Source of the DNA: an uncultured Gammaproteobacteria bacterium
GTDB lineage: Bacteria; Patescibacteriota; Microgenomatia; Levybacterales; UBA12049
Assembly (NCBI GenBank): GCA_964490105.1
Contig: CAZAZU010000002.1
Location: forward strand, 12,751-76,750
DNA: 64,000 nucleotides
Direction: 5' to 3'
A program made the translations under genes and the position numbers. Positions 28,601 through 35,492 of this stretch are shown in pieces; positions within the stretch are counted from its first letter, which is position 1; each line of letters starts with the position of its first letter. The notes beneath the pieces were generated by a model that was given only the letters and a program-made list of their open reading frames with translations, was not told where the DNA came from and searched no databases.

Positions 28601-29682
28601 GTATCGCAACCGGGGCAAACGACCAACCTCTAAGAATTGAGGGAAATGTGATCGCAAATGCCGGTTTAAATGCTGGGGAAAAGTTTGATCAAAGAAGAGA
28701 CTTGGGAGATGCTCAAAACGTAGATTGTCCAGCTGTAACCATAGTATCCCGCCCCGACTTTATACTAAATGGACCTGAGCTTATCCGATATACTAACTAT
28801 GTCATTCAGGAAATTGCACCTGGAGCAGATAGGAGCAGCCAAGGAGCTGGCGGATTTCTAATAGCTGATACATATACTCCTCCATTTACACCTGTCCCAA
28901 ATACACCTACTCCAAGACCCCCAACTCCTGAGCCAGAGGAGCCAACTAATACTCCCCGCCCTAGCCCAAGACCGTCTCAAGAACCGGAGGAAGATAATTT
29001 TCCTTTTTTTTGTCAATATGGGGCAGTTAATAAAAACGGCTGGGTTCCTGAATCAGACAGACATTCATGGGACTACACTTACGATGGCGGTAAAAGATGT
29101 GATATTTATGGAAGCGGATGCGCCATGACTTCACTTGCAATGATTATGAAATATTTTGGTGACAACATGAACCCGGAAAGCACATCGAGACAGGCTACAA
29201 ACAATAAATACCCTATTAACTTGGGATGTCAGTCTCCTGGAACCTTAACCTCTCAATTAACTAATACTGTAGTACCATGGCTAAGAAACAGGAATTATTC
29301 AGTCCCTGGGGGTGACCGTCCAAATCAAGTTCAATTTACATTCGATAGTCAAGGAGATTACACAGGCAAAATTAACCTTAAAGTATTAAAAGTATATATA
29401 GATCATGGATATTTACTGTTGGGGGGAGCAAAAATTACTATGGCGACAAAACAAGGATTGTCAGAACCTGCTGGGCATGCATTTGTTATAACAGATATAA
29501 ATGTTGAGAACGAGACGATGACAGCTTATGATCCTACTTTCTGTCAAAAAGATTATCCAAATCTTCAGGGAGGCAAAAGAACAATTAGAAATGTGAACAA
29601 AATTGGAGGAAATCCAATAGGCTGTTCTAATGGAGATTGTGGATGGGTGCAAATGTTTGCTATAAAGAAGAAACCTAACTAA
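25618..29682 (+). CDS. giant secreted surface protein with SdrD/CnaB-type Ca-binding repeats and C-terminal C39-like (papain-fold) peptidase domain
   Basis: Signal peptide. At least four repeats of the form G.V(F/Y)(I/V)D.N.(D/N)G..D.GE (HVFIDKNEDGDKDPGE, GVVYIDEWNGNNPPNG, GTVYVDSNNDGALQKA, GGVYIDSDNPEGKKTG). Pro-rich linker TPPFTPVPNTPTPRPPTPEPEEPTNTPRPSPRPSQEPEE. C-terminal GSGCAMTSLAMIMKYFG (C39-type Cys motif) and a later GHAFVITD (His). Confidence 0.65.
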   Translation: MKKILLALIIFLALFEIASKVNEVRAHGPSKTLYFRRCNYNPGVRWQVRYQVIFSDNSKSGYIYGTTGPESAHNDYYAEEVCNGFANRTGASEPLVNTGSNAADPPHPGGFISSRLGPRQDSTKIVWSTACVDPVIDAITVYETLDGGHFIWEFVEDVSFRRNINGCNVPNSGCSGFNAGNLISAVEGKGTINFSETSKCSNNPPPPKYKISGHVFIDKNEDGDKDPGEPYYNSGDRSIEKWGDYHEYEDGGSNNNGFYEFFNLPGRDDYGIKFNVPSGYRCTTGSGCSHGCQSQGCGNGITLGPSKTYNFGIALDRGAISGVVYIDEWNGNNPPNGKIDGNDTRRRDELVRMDPNGANETRRTDRDGRYRFGDLNPGSDHNIRLDGIEPCRLNVMGDNPKINVNAPSGGNNDVHFRLTRRYFEIVGNIYRYDAAECTPTINTNCQAYGRSVKLTAVGTGRNDDSKAGDAPDYKITRIQDQNGAYSVRLTGLRDGESVVGGNEKDVIVNCANARQDFYIRPAGATEFDISGTVYVDSNNDGALQKATDEIYDGGGTVQIRTGNNSASTGRTGPVRNNGTYTVIDNPQNTNYTVRLQQGTLASGYTVLNNDRRISMGTADVAQVNFLVDAPANTYSIRGGVYIDSDNPEGKKTGSEPYVSATGSERIRIQGLPAGANCPQNRSSFVRDINNFTGEFIASGIQPGCYRVEFNGPSGRGANWRVTYPSGISPFTIGPIIVGPNCNDDATDQDGIALCATGAGGGVNGNITNVDFGIKQQDDNPWYQSVGGDVRIDEDNYRNIIPDGNSPVCTNSTYPYVSSNSISGNLTSGVVFTGSNPNFSDTGNDRSKASNRGWLLTGNEFSPSRPGTIRTSYTYMNNIIEKGRITVNPMFGNSATKTCINNSGPDCTFRANLLNGVYKSTTSVTIRGSGNPETYTFPDGRDYVFLIEDDLRIESNIQVNPGSTVTFIVSGDIIISPDVTELDGIYSADGSFITQGIATGANDQPLRIEGNVIANAGLNAGEKFDQRRDLGDAQNVDCPAVTIVSRPDFILNGPELIRYTNYVIQEIAPGADRSSQGAGGFLIADTYTPPFTPVPNTPTPRPPTPEPEEPTNTPRPSPRPSQEPEEDNFPFFCQYGAVNKNGWVPESDRHSWDYTYDGGKRCDIYGSGCAMTSLAMIMKYFGDNMNPESTSRQATNNKYPINLGCQSPGTLTSQLTNTVVPWLRNRNYSVPGGDRPNQVQFTFDSQGDYTGKINLKVLKVYIDHGYLLLGGAKITMATKQGLSEPAGHAFVITDINVENETMTAYDPTFCQKDYPNLQGGKRTIRNVNKIGGNPIGCSNGDCGWVQMFAIKKKPN

Positions 29683-29688
29683 AAATAA

Positions 29689-30111
29689 ATGAATAAACCT
29701 TATTATATTATTGGAACTATTATTACTTTGATTCTAATTATGATCTTTATAGGGTCATGGGCATTCTTAAACTACAGGGAAAGAGTTAATAATGACTCCG
29801 GCTTTACAACACAAAACCAACCCCTGTCAAAAGAGCCTTCCGTAAGCACTGGATCGGACCTTGGAGACTTTTCTCAAAAAGAATTAAATGAAAATAGAGG
29901 CTACAAAGTATCTGAGCTAGCTTCTAAGCTTCCTCAAAACGGGCAAAATTTCTCCCTATCGTATGATTTTGATACTGATGAATTCACTCTCTACATTAAT
30001 CCTGATGCACAAGAACAGGGCAACTCTGAACTTACAGCATTTTTAAAACAAAACCAAATTGACAGCATTTCTTGGCTATATAATCTAAAAAGGGTTAACC
30101 AAAGACCTTAA
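29689..30111 (+). CDS. hypothetical small membrane-anchored protein
   Basis: 140 aa with an N-terminal TM (IIGTIITLILIMIFIGSWAF). Last gene of the same-strand cluster. Confidence 0.35.
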   Translation: MNKPYYIIGTIITLILIMIFIGSWAFLNYRERVNNDSGFTTQNQPLSKEPSVSTGSDLGDFSQKELNENRGYKVSELASKLPQNGQNFSLSYDFDTDEFTLYINPDAQEQGNSELTAFLKQNQIDSISWLYNLKRVNQRP

Positions 30112-30140
30112 GTTAATTTAAACCTCCCTAGTTGACTTTA

Positions 30141-30170
30141 TCCATCACTCAATTTATACTTTTAATTGCT
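30141..30170 (+). promoter_or_regulatory. sigma70-like promoter TTGACT-17-TATACT upstream of a ~240-nt untranslated GC-richer stretch and tRNA-Thr
   Basis: ttgactttatccatcactcaatttatact. Confidence 0.4.
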
Positions 30171-30419
30171 CTTTGATACACGCAGGGGATTATGATTTTT
30201 CCTCTATGTTAATTTCCTTGAGGTATCCCGATTTAATCGGGAGACAAGGCGGAGTTTCGGTTAACTAAGGTTAGTCGGACAGCCTCCCTATTTCACTCAA
30301 GGGGAAAACGATAATCCAACTTCGGTATCAAAGGCAGTATTTATTAATTAAACCAGTCTATTTTTAATAAAGGCAATGTCTTGCCTCAAATCTCCTCTTT
30401 CTGGTAAAATTACCATTAC

Positions 30420-30491
30420 GCCGTCTTAGCTCAGTGGTAGAGCAGCTGTTTTGTAAACAGCAGGTCGTGGGTTCAAATCCGACAGACGGCT
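30420..30491 (+). tRNA. tRNA-Thr (anticodon TGT)
   Basis: Cloverleaf folds by hand: acceptor gccgtct/agacggc, D-arm gctc-agtggta-gagc, anticodon stem gctgt/acagc with loop tttgtaa, T-loop ttcaaat. One G-G mismatch in the T-stem. CCA not encoded. Confidence 0.75.
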
Positions 30492-30781
30492 CAGCGTCCA
30501 ATCAAGATTAAATCCGTTCCATCTTTTGCTTTGCAAAAGATTTAACACTATAATCTGATTCTCCTTTCTCAAAATTGCTTTGCAATTTTGAAATCAATTA
30601 GCCCGCTGGCTAATTGAAGAGGAGCGAACGGCGAAAAATCGAAGTCCGCCAGATGGCGGACGAAGATCCGAGACGGAATCGCGACGAGCTGAGTTGGCGG
30701 AGCAGTCAATCGCACCTGACTGTAGATCAGGTGCCCGAAAGGGCTACAGGAGTGCAAATCTCTTACTCAGCACAACACCAA

Positions 30782-30853
30782 GCCGATTTGGCTCAGTGGT
30801 AGAGCAAGTCATTGGTAATGACTAGATCGTGGGTTCGATTCCCACAATCGGCT
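30782..30853 (+). tRNA. tRNA-Thr (anticodon GGT)
   Basis: Acceptor gccgatt/aatcggc, D-arm gctc-agtggta-gagc, anticodon stem agtca/tgact with loop ttggtaa, T-arm gtggg-ttcgatt-cccac. All stems perfect. Confidence 0.85.
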
Positions 30854-30866
30854 CACCTACTCTTTG

Positions 30867-30895
30867 ATTTTAAGCATAATTTTAGTTATAATTGT
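30867..30895 (+). promoter_or_regulatory. sigma70-like promoter TTGATT-17-TATAAT upstream of rpmG
   Basis: ttgattttaagcataattttagttataat, ~10 nt before the rpmG ATG. Confidence 0.4.
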
Positions 30896-30903
30896 AACCT
30901 CAT

Positions 30904-31077
30904 ATGGCAAAAGGTGAACACAGACAGAATTTTGGATTAAAATGCAGCGTTTGCAAGAACGTTAATTACATCACGCAAAGAAATAAAATTAACACTGAAA
31001 GCAAACTTTTACTTAAGAAGTTCTGTAAGAAATGCAGAAAAGTTACAGATCATAAAGAAATCGAAAAACTTAAGTAA
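30904..31077 (+). CDS. rpmG: 50S ribosomal protein L33
   Basis: 57-aa ORF MAKGEHRQNFGLKCSVCKNVNYITQRNKINTESKLLLKKFCKKCRKVTDHKEIEKLK with two C..C pairs and the L33 pattern. Below the 60-aa cut-off of the supplied ORF track. Canonical position before tRNA-Trp and secE. Confidence 0.8.
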   Translation: MAKGEHRQNFGLKCSVCKNVNYITQRNKINTESKLLLKKFCKKCRKVTDHKEIEKLK

Positions 31078-31151
31078 TTCCCCTCTTTTCATTTGATTAA
31101 AGCCCAGTCCCAAAGTATAATAGTGCCAGGGTTTAACCCTGAGCGAAACGA

Positions 31152-31223
31152 AGGGATGTGGTGAAACGGCTATCACAGCAGTCTCCAAAACTGCTTTTCT
31201 CAGTTCGAATCTGAGCATCCCTG
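31152..31223 (+). tRNA. tRNA-Trp (anticodon CCA)
   Basis: Acceptor agggatg/catccct, anticodon stem gcagt/actgc with loop ctccaaa, T-arm tcag-ttcgaat-ctga. Canonical rpmG-tRNATrp-secE neighbourhood. Confidence 0.8.
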
Positions 31224-31272
31224 CACTATTTGATATATTGTAATTTCCAGAGATCGATAGTATTTTAAATTC

Positions 31273-31656
31273 ATGGCACACGACGAGTATCATGAACATC
31301 TCATAAGAGAAGTCGCAGAAATTTACGAACCTATACTTTCCAGCTCATCTCAGGCAATATATATTTATCTGGATGACCAACATAAAATTTGTAACCAAAA
31401 ATTCGCAGATCTCTTGGGTTACGACTCAATAAATGAATGGGTAGAAAATGAAACTCCAATTAGCGACATAATACCCACTGATCAAGAAGCAGTAATTGAA
31501 GCTTATGGAAAAGCAGTTGAAAGTCTTGAAAGCTCATTCATTTCAGTCACTGCTGTTACTAAATCAGGATCAGAAGTGGATCTTGATATCGTCATGGTCC
31601 CTTTTACATATAAAAATGAGGTTTTCGCAGTCCACTTTATAACACCACAAAACTAA
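31273..31656 (+). CDS. hypothetical protein
   Basis: 127-aa ORF with no motif. First gene of the insertion between tRNA-Trp and secE. Confidence 0.35.
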   Translation: MAHDEYHEHLIREVAEIYEPILSSSSQAIYIYLDDQHKICNQKFADLLGYDSINEWVENETPISDIIPTDQEAVIEAYGKAVESLESSFISVTAVTKSGSEVDLDIVMVPFTYKNEVFAVHFITPQN

Positions 31657-31701
31657 TAAATTCCACTTGAATCCATTTTTTCTAAGTGCTACGATCCGTT
31701 T

Positions 31702-32862
31702 GTGAAATCTCCCGAGGCAAAAGTGAATCACCGGCCTTCTTCTCTTAATAGAATTGTCCTCCCAGTTGCCTTAGGAGTTGCTGCAATTTCTACAGGTGGC
31801 CAGCATTTCACTGATAGGATTTTTCAGCCTGTTTCTAATCCTGATCAACCAGCTTTTACTTATTATTATGGTCACTTACCCTTAAGTCATCCCGGCACTA
31901 TGATGGACACAGGAAATATCGCAGATAATTTCCGTCCGATGTCTGGCTGGGGCACAGAATACACAGAAGCTGATATTCAGGAATTTTACAGATCTGCTGA
32001 TGAAATTAGACGTGCTGGATTTGATGGAATAATTATATCTTGGCATGACATCGGAGATGTTAGAGATCAGGGATCAGATAATATCATTAATGATGCTCTG
32101 TCAAGGTGTGATAGCACTTTTCCCGGAATGAAAGTTAAATTTATCGTTGAGAGGCTTGCAAACCTAAATGAAGATAATTCTGATGAAAAGCTGGACACGA
32201 TTATGGAACACATGTGGGAAAATTATTTTAATAATCCTCATTATTTCAGAAATGAAGAAGGACTTCCCGAAGTGGATTTCTTTACCGGAGATAATCCAGA
32301 ATGGGTAGACAACATCAGAGTTACAGAAAAGCTTCACAGACTAAAAGAGAAATGGGGTATAAATCCAGTCTTGAGAAGCTACATTGGGAGCAATATAGAA
32401 TTTGAGGGCAATAATAAATATGCTTCTGAACTAGATATGTTTCCTTATGGTTTTCAACCTTTAGATATTTGGCCTGGAGGATTAGAAATAACACCTCACC
32501 AGGCAACGGTTACCGGAGAATATTCTAAAGAAGCAAGAGCTAATATAGAACGTGATTTCAAGCACAGAGTATTCAGTGAGGATGAAACACGTCAAAAAAT
32601 TAGAATCGCCAGATCATCAGATTCAGAAATAGCAGCCTATGTCAGTTATAATGAGGGGCCTGAGAAAACTGGCTTTGAGGGAGACCGGGTAAAAATTGCT
32701 ATTCTTGGTCAGGAGTTTTATGATCCAGGAGACAGAGAACTACATAATACTTTTCCAGCACCGTGTACTCCTCCTGAAATTCAGGGCACCACAGACTCGG
32801 GCGAAACAGTCATAATCACCTTCCCTTCACCGGCTCCAACTACACATAAGGAAGCTGCTTAA
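31702..32862 (+). CDS. hypothetical secreted/anchored protein, possibly glycoside-hydrolase-like TIM barrel
   Basis: 386 aa with an N-terminal hydrophobic segment. Stretches such as GFDGIIISWHDIG and NPHYFRNEEGLPEVDFF weakly recall GH-like (GHL) domains. Confidence 0.35.
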   Translation: MKSPEAKVNHRPSSLNRIVLPVALGVAAISTGGQHFTDRIFQPVSNPDQPAFTYYYGHLPLSHPGTMMDTGNIADNFRPMSGWGTEYTEADIQEFYRSADEIRRAGFDGIIISWHDIGDVRDQGSDNIINDALSRCDSTFPGMKVKFIVERLANLNEDNSDEKLDTIMEHMWENYFNNPHYFRNEEGLPEVDFFTGDNPEWVDNIRVTEKLHRLKEKWGINPVLRSYIGSNIEFEGNNKYASELDMFPYGFQPLDIWPGGLEITPHQATVTGEYSKEARANIERDFKHRVFSEDETRQKIRIARSSDSEIAAYVSYNEGPEKTGFEGDRVKIAILGQEFYDPGDRELHNTFPAPCTPPEIQGTTDSGETVIITFPSPAPTTHKEAA

Positions 32863-32885
32863 ATCTACTGATATAATAAACTCTT

Positions 32886-33908
32886 ATGAAAGAAAGAATT
32901 AATTGGGTGGATGTAGCCCGCGGAATAGGAGTACTTTTAGTAATTTATGGACACGGCTTAGCAGTTACTCCTTTAAGGTTTATAATCTATTCCTTTCATA
33001 TGCCTCTGTTCTTTTTTCTCTCAGGCCTCGTTTTTCATAAAAGAAAAAATGAAAAGTATCTTACAGTTTTAAAAAAAGACTTTAAGAGAATTTTAATTCC
33101 TTATTTTATTTTCGCAGCTATTTCATTCACTCTTTGGCTATCAAATATTCCTCTGGATAGAATCAGATGGGATTTAGTTTTCAATCAAATTATAGGAATT
33201 TTTTATGGCAGCGGAAATAACGGATATCTTGCAATTAACATTGTGCTCTGGTTCTTACCCTGTCTTTTTATAGTAAAACAAATGTTCTGGTTTATCTCCA
33301 GGCTGGATATCAAACTAATTATCCCTGTTCTTTTTTTATTTTCAGCTTTAGGATATTATTTTCACGTTTTTTTACCTAATCTCAAACTTCCTTTCGGATT
33401 TGAATCAGCTTTAACAGGAGTCGTATTTTTCGGACTAGGATATATGTGGAATTTTATCCCAGATAAATATAATCAAAAATTTAAAAAATATACATTAGTT
33501 TTTATTTTAATTTTAATTGTTTCAACAATTACTTTCTCTTTAATAAATTTTAATCTTCACAATCATCAAGTGGACTTAAGGCTGAATAGAATAAATAACT
33601 ATTTTCTATTTTATATGAGTGCGCTTAGCGGGATTTTAACTGTAATTTTATTAAGCATGAAACTAAATAAGAATAAAATCCTGGAATATTTTGGCAGAAA
33701 TTCTTTACTCTTATTTGTTTGGCATCTTGTAGTTTTTTCTTATATTTCTGATTTTGTATTTCTATTTCTAACTTCAGAAGAAGTTATAAAACTTAGAAAT
33801 ATTTATCTCGCGCCGTTTTATTCTGTGGTATCAATATTTATAATTCTTACAATTTCTAAAACTATCAGGAAATCTAAATCGCTTATTCTTGAAAGTAAGC
33901 TATTTTAA
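32886..33908 (+). CDS. acyltransferase family 3 (OatA/OafA-like) membrane protein
   Basis: N-terminus INWVDVARGIGVLLVIYGH is typical of Acyl_transf_3. ~10 predicted TM helices. Confidence 0.6.
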   Translation: MKERINWVDVARGIGVLLVIYGHGLAVTPLRFIIYSFHMPLFFFLSGLVFHKRKNEKYLTVLKKDFKRILIPYFIFAAISFTLWLSNIPLDRIRWDLVFNQIIGIFYGSGNNGYLAINIVLWFLPCLFIVKQMFWFISRLDIKLIIPVLFLFSALGYYFHVFLPNLKLPFGFESALTGVVFFGLGYMWNFIPDKYNQKFKKYTLVFILILIVSTITFSLINFNLHNHQVDLRLNRINNYFLFYMSALSGILTVILLSMKLNKNKILEYFGRNSLLLFVWHLVVFSYISDFVFLFLTSEEVIKLRNIYLAPFYSVVSIFIILTISKTIRKSKSLILESKLF

Positions 33909-33926
33909 GTATATAATGCGCCTACT

Positions 33927-34412
33927 ATGGGATACTTAAGAGAACTCGGAATAAGTACTGGCTGGGTTAAGCCCAAACCCGGAGAATTCTTACCCGAGCA
34001 TCAGGAGCTTGGACTAGCCTATCAGCTGCTTGATTTAACATTTAGAGACTCTCGAAGAGAGCTTGCAGCAAGACCAGATGAAGAGGAATTAGTAAGAGAC
34101 TTATTAGGAAAACGTATAAAAGAAAGGGCTTTAAGGGTGACTTCTGAAGGACTTAAAGCTTCATATTATTCACCAGATCAGTCAGGACCACACCATTTAT
34201 TGGTTGGCGAATCATTATTATTCAGCTTAAAATCACAAAAACTTTTAAGGGCTCCAGCTCCAAGAACCTCATTTAATGCTGAAGAGTTAGAAGAAGCATC
34301 TTCAAAAGAATGGTTCGAGCATGGAATGAATGTCGCAAAAACTACCCTAGCACATTTAGTTGGAGTTCGAGGCTTACCTATATATCTATCTAGAATCGAA
34401 CTGCCTAGATAA
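33927..34412 (+). CDS. hypothetical protein (GC-rich)
   Basis: 161-aa ORF, no motif. Composition differs from its neighbours. Its 3' end overlaps the convergent PAP2 gene. Confidence 0.3.
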   Translation: MGYLRELGISTGWVKPKPGEFLPEHQELGLAYQLLDLTFRDSRRELAARPDEEELVRDLLGKRIKERALRVTSEGLKASYYSPDQSGPHHLLVGESLLFSLKSQKLLRAPAPRTSFNAEELEEASSKEWFEHGMNVAKTTLAHLVGVRGLPIYLSRIELPR

Positions 34413-35084
34413 TTTTCCATTTACCAAGGACAAGTAAATCAGGGATAAAGATACACCTAAGAGAATTCCTCCAATTACATCTGTTGTCCAATGCTCACCC
34501 AGATAAACACGGCTTAAAAACATTATAAAATCAAATCCTAATATAAAGATTATGGGGACCATTTTTAAATTTTTACTGAGTTTTGGACTTAGCCAAATTG
34601 CAAAAAGTAAAATTAGAGACACAAATGCTGTTCTTGCCGAGTGACCTGAAGGATAGGCGAAAAATTCATGCGGAATATAAGAAGACGGAAAATGTACTGC
34701 TAAATTTGTTTTTAATAACATTATTGGAGGCCCATGATGCTCAATTATCATTTTTCCAGCTAGCTCAATTACCCCAGTTAATACGTAAAACATTAGAGCA
34801 AATATCTTGCCCGGAAGTTTAAATATAAATAGCGCTAACAGTAAAATCAAACTCGCAACTTCAGCGCTCCCCAGCAAGCTAAATGAAGAAAATAACCCCA
34901 CTGCTCTATCCGGGATGAAGTTTTGAATTCTGACAGTTGTGTCGAAATCAAATCTCGTAAACAGATCTTCTGCCACCAGAAAACTAAGAAAAATAAATAA
35001 AGTAAATGTAACAAGACCAATGATACCGCTGTATTTTAAAATTCCCATGAAGACATTTATTGTAGCATCTGCCTGCAGATGCAA
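34386..35084 (-). CDS. PAP2 family membrane phosphatase
   Basis: PAP2 motifs PSGHSARTAF and SRVYLGEHWTTDVIGG. Polytopic. Alternative start at MGILKY (35048). Confidence 0.65.
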   Translation of the reverse strand: MHLQADATINVFMGILKYSGIIGLVTFTLFIFLSFLVAEDLFTRFDFDTTVRIQNFIPDRAVGLFSSFSLLGSAEVASLILLLALFIFKLPGKIFALMFYVLTGVIELAGKMIIEHHGPPIMLLKTNLAVHFPSSYIPHEFFAYPSGHSARTAFVSLILLFAIWLSPKLSKNLKMVPIIFILGFDFIMFLSRVYLGEHWTTDVIGGILLGVSLSLIYLSLVNGKLSRQFDSR

Positions 35085-35106
35085 GCAAAGCGTTGCAAGC
35101 GGGAAT

Positions 35107-35466
35107 TTACTTTCCCTGTTTGTGATGCTCGTGCATGTAGACTACGACACCTGTCGCAATCGCAGCACCGGTTACCCCTACTACTGCCGCTGTTTTCTTT
35201 ATTAGATCTGGATGCTCCGCTATGAACATCCTTACTGACCTAGGACCTGCAAACTGAAGTCCAACCGATCTTTCGCTAGTAGTATGAAGCTCGATAGCAC
35301 TTCTTAATCTTCCAAATCTTCCAGCCTGAACCCTTAAATCATCTGGTGCATTTACTCTATCTGCCCTCAAACCAATCTCAACAGGTGTACCATGCGCAGG
35401 AATTTCTCCGATTCCCTCCGGATGATCATCATATATATTTGGCACAATAAGGTCTTGCTCAGTCAT
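35107..35466 (-). CDS. hypothetical tail-anchored protein (GC-rich)
   Basis: 119 aa. Single C-terminal TM (AAVVGVTGAAIATGVVVYM). No motif. Confidence 0.3.
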   Translation of the reverse strand: MTEQDLIVPNIYDDHPEGIGEIPAHGTPVEIGLRADRVNAPDDLRVQAGRFGRLRSAIELHTTSERSVGLQFAGPRSVRMFIAEHPDLIKKTAAVVGVTGAAIATGVVVYMHEHHKQGK

Positions 35467-35492
35467 TTGAAGAGGATTATAGCAGAAACTAT

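Noticed and set aside
30420-30491. Considered calling the first tRNA-Thr a pseudogene because of a G-G mismatch in the T-stem.
   Set aside because: All other stems, the conserved D-loop and T-loop residues and the anticodon loop are intact. A single non-canonical pair is tolerated in functional tRNAs, or may be a base-call error.
30590-30781. Attempted to fold a tRNA-Tyr or tRNA-Gly (expected from canonical thr-tyr-gly-thr arrays) in the spacer between the two tRNA-Thr genes, using the D-arm-like agctgagttggcggagc and the T-loop-like gtgcaaatc.
   Set aside because: No consistent acceptor, D, anticodon and T stems could be assembled on either strand. The stems present form independent hairpins instead. 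Kept only as a candidate structured RNA finding.
30569-30802. Two 62-aa ORFs (minus 30569-30757, plus 30614-30802) in the inter-tRNA spacer.
   Set aside because: They run into the tRNA-Thr(GGT) gene and lie in GC-rich hairpin-dense sequence. Long ORFs are expected by chance in GC-rich structured RNA.
31009-31299. 96-aa minus-strand ORF from the supplied track.
   Set aside because: It overlaps the rpmG gene and the tRNA-Trp on the opposite strand. Its amino-acid composition is non-protein-like. It is spurious.
34939-35205. 88-aa plus-strand ORF.
   Set aside because: It overlaps the 5' end of the PAP2 gene and the 3' end of the tail-anchored gene on the minus strand. No motif.
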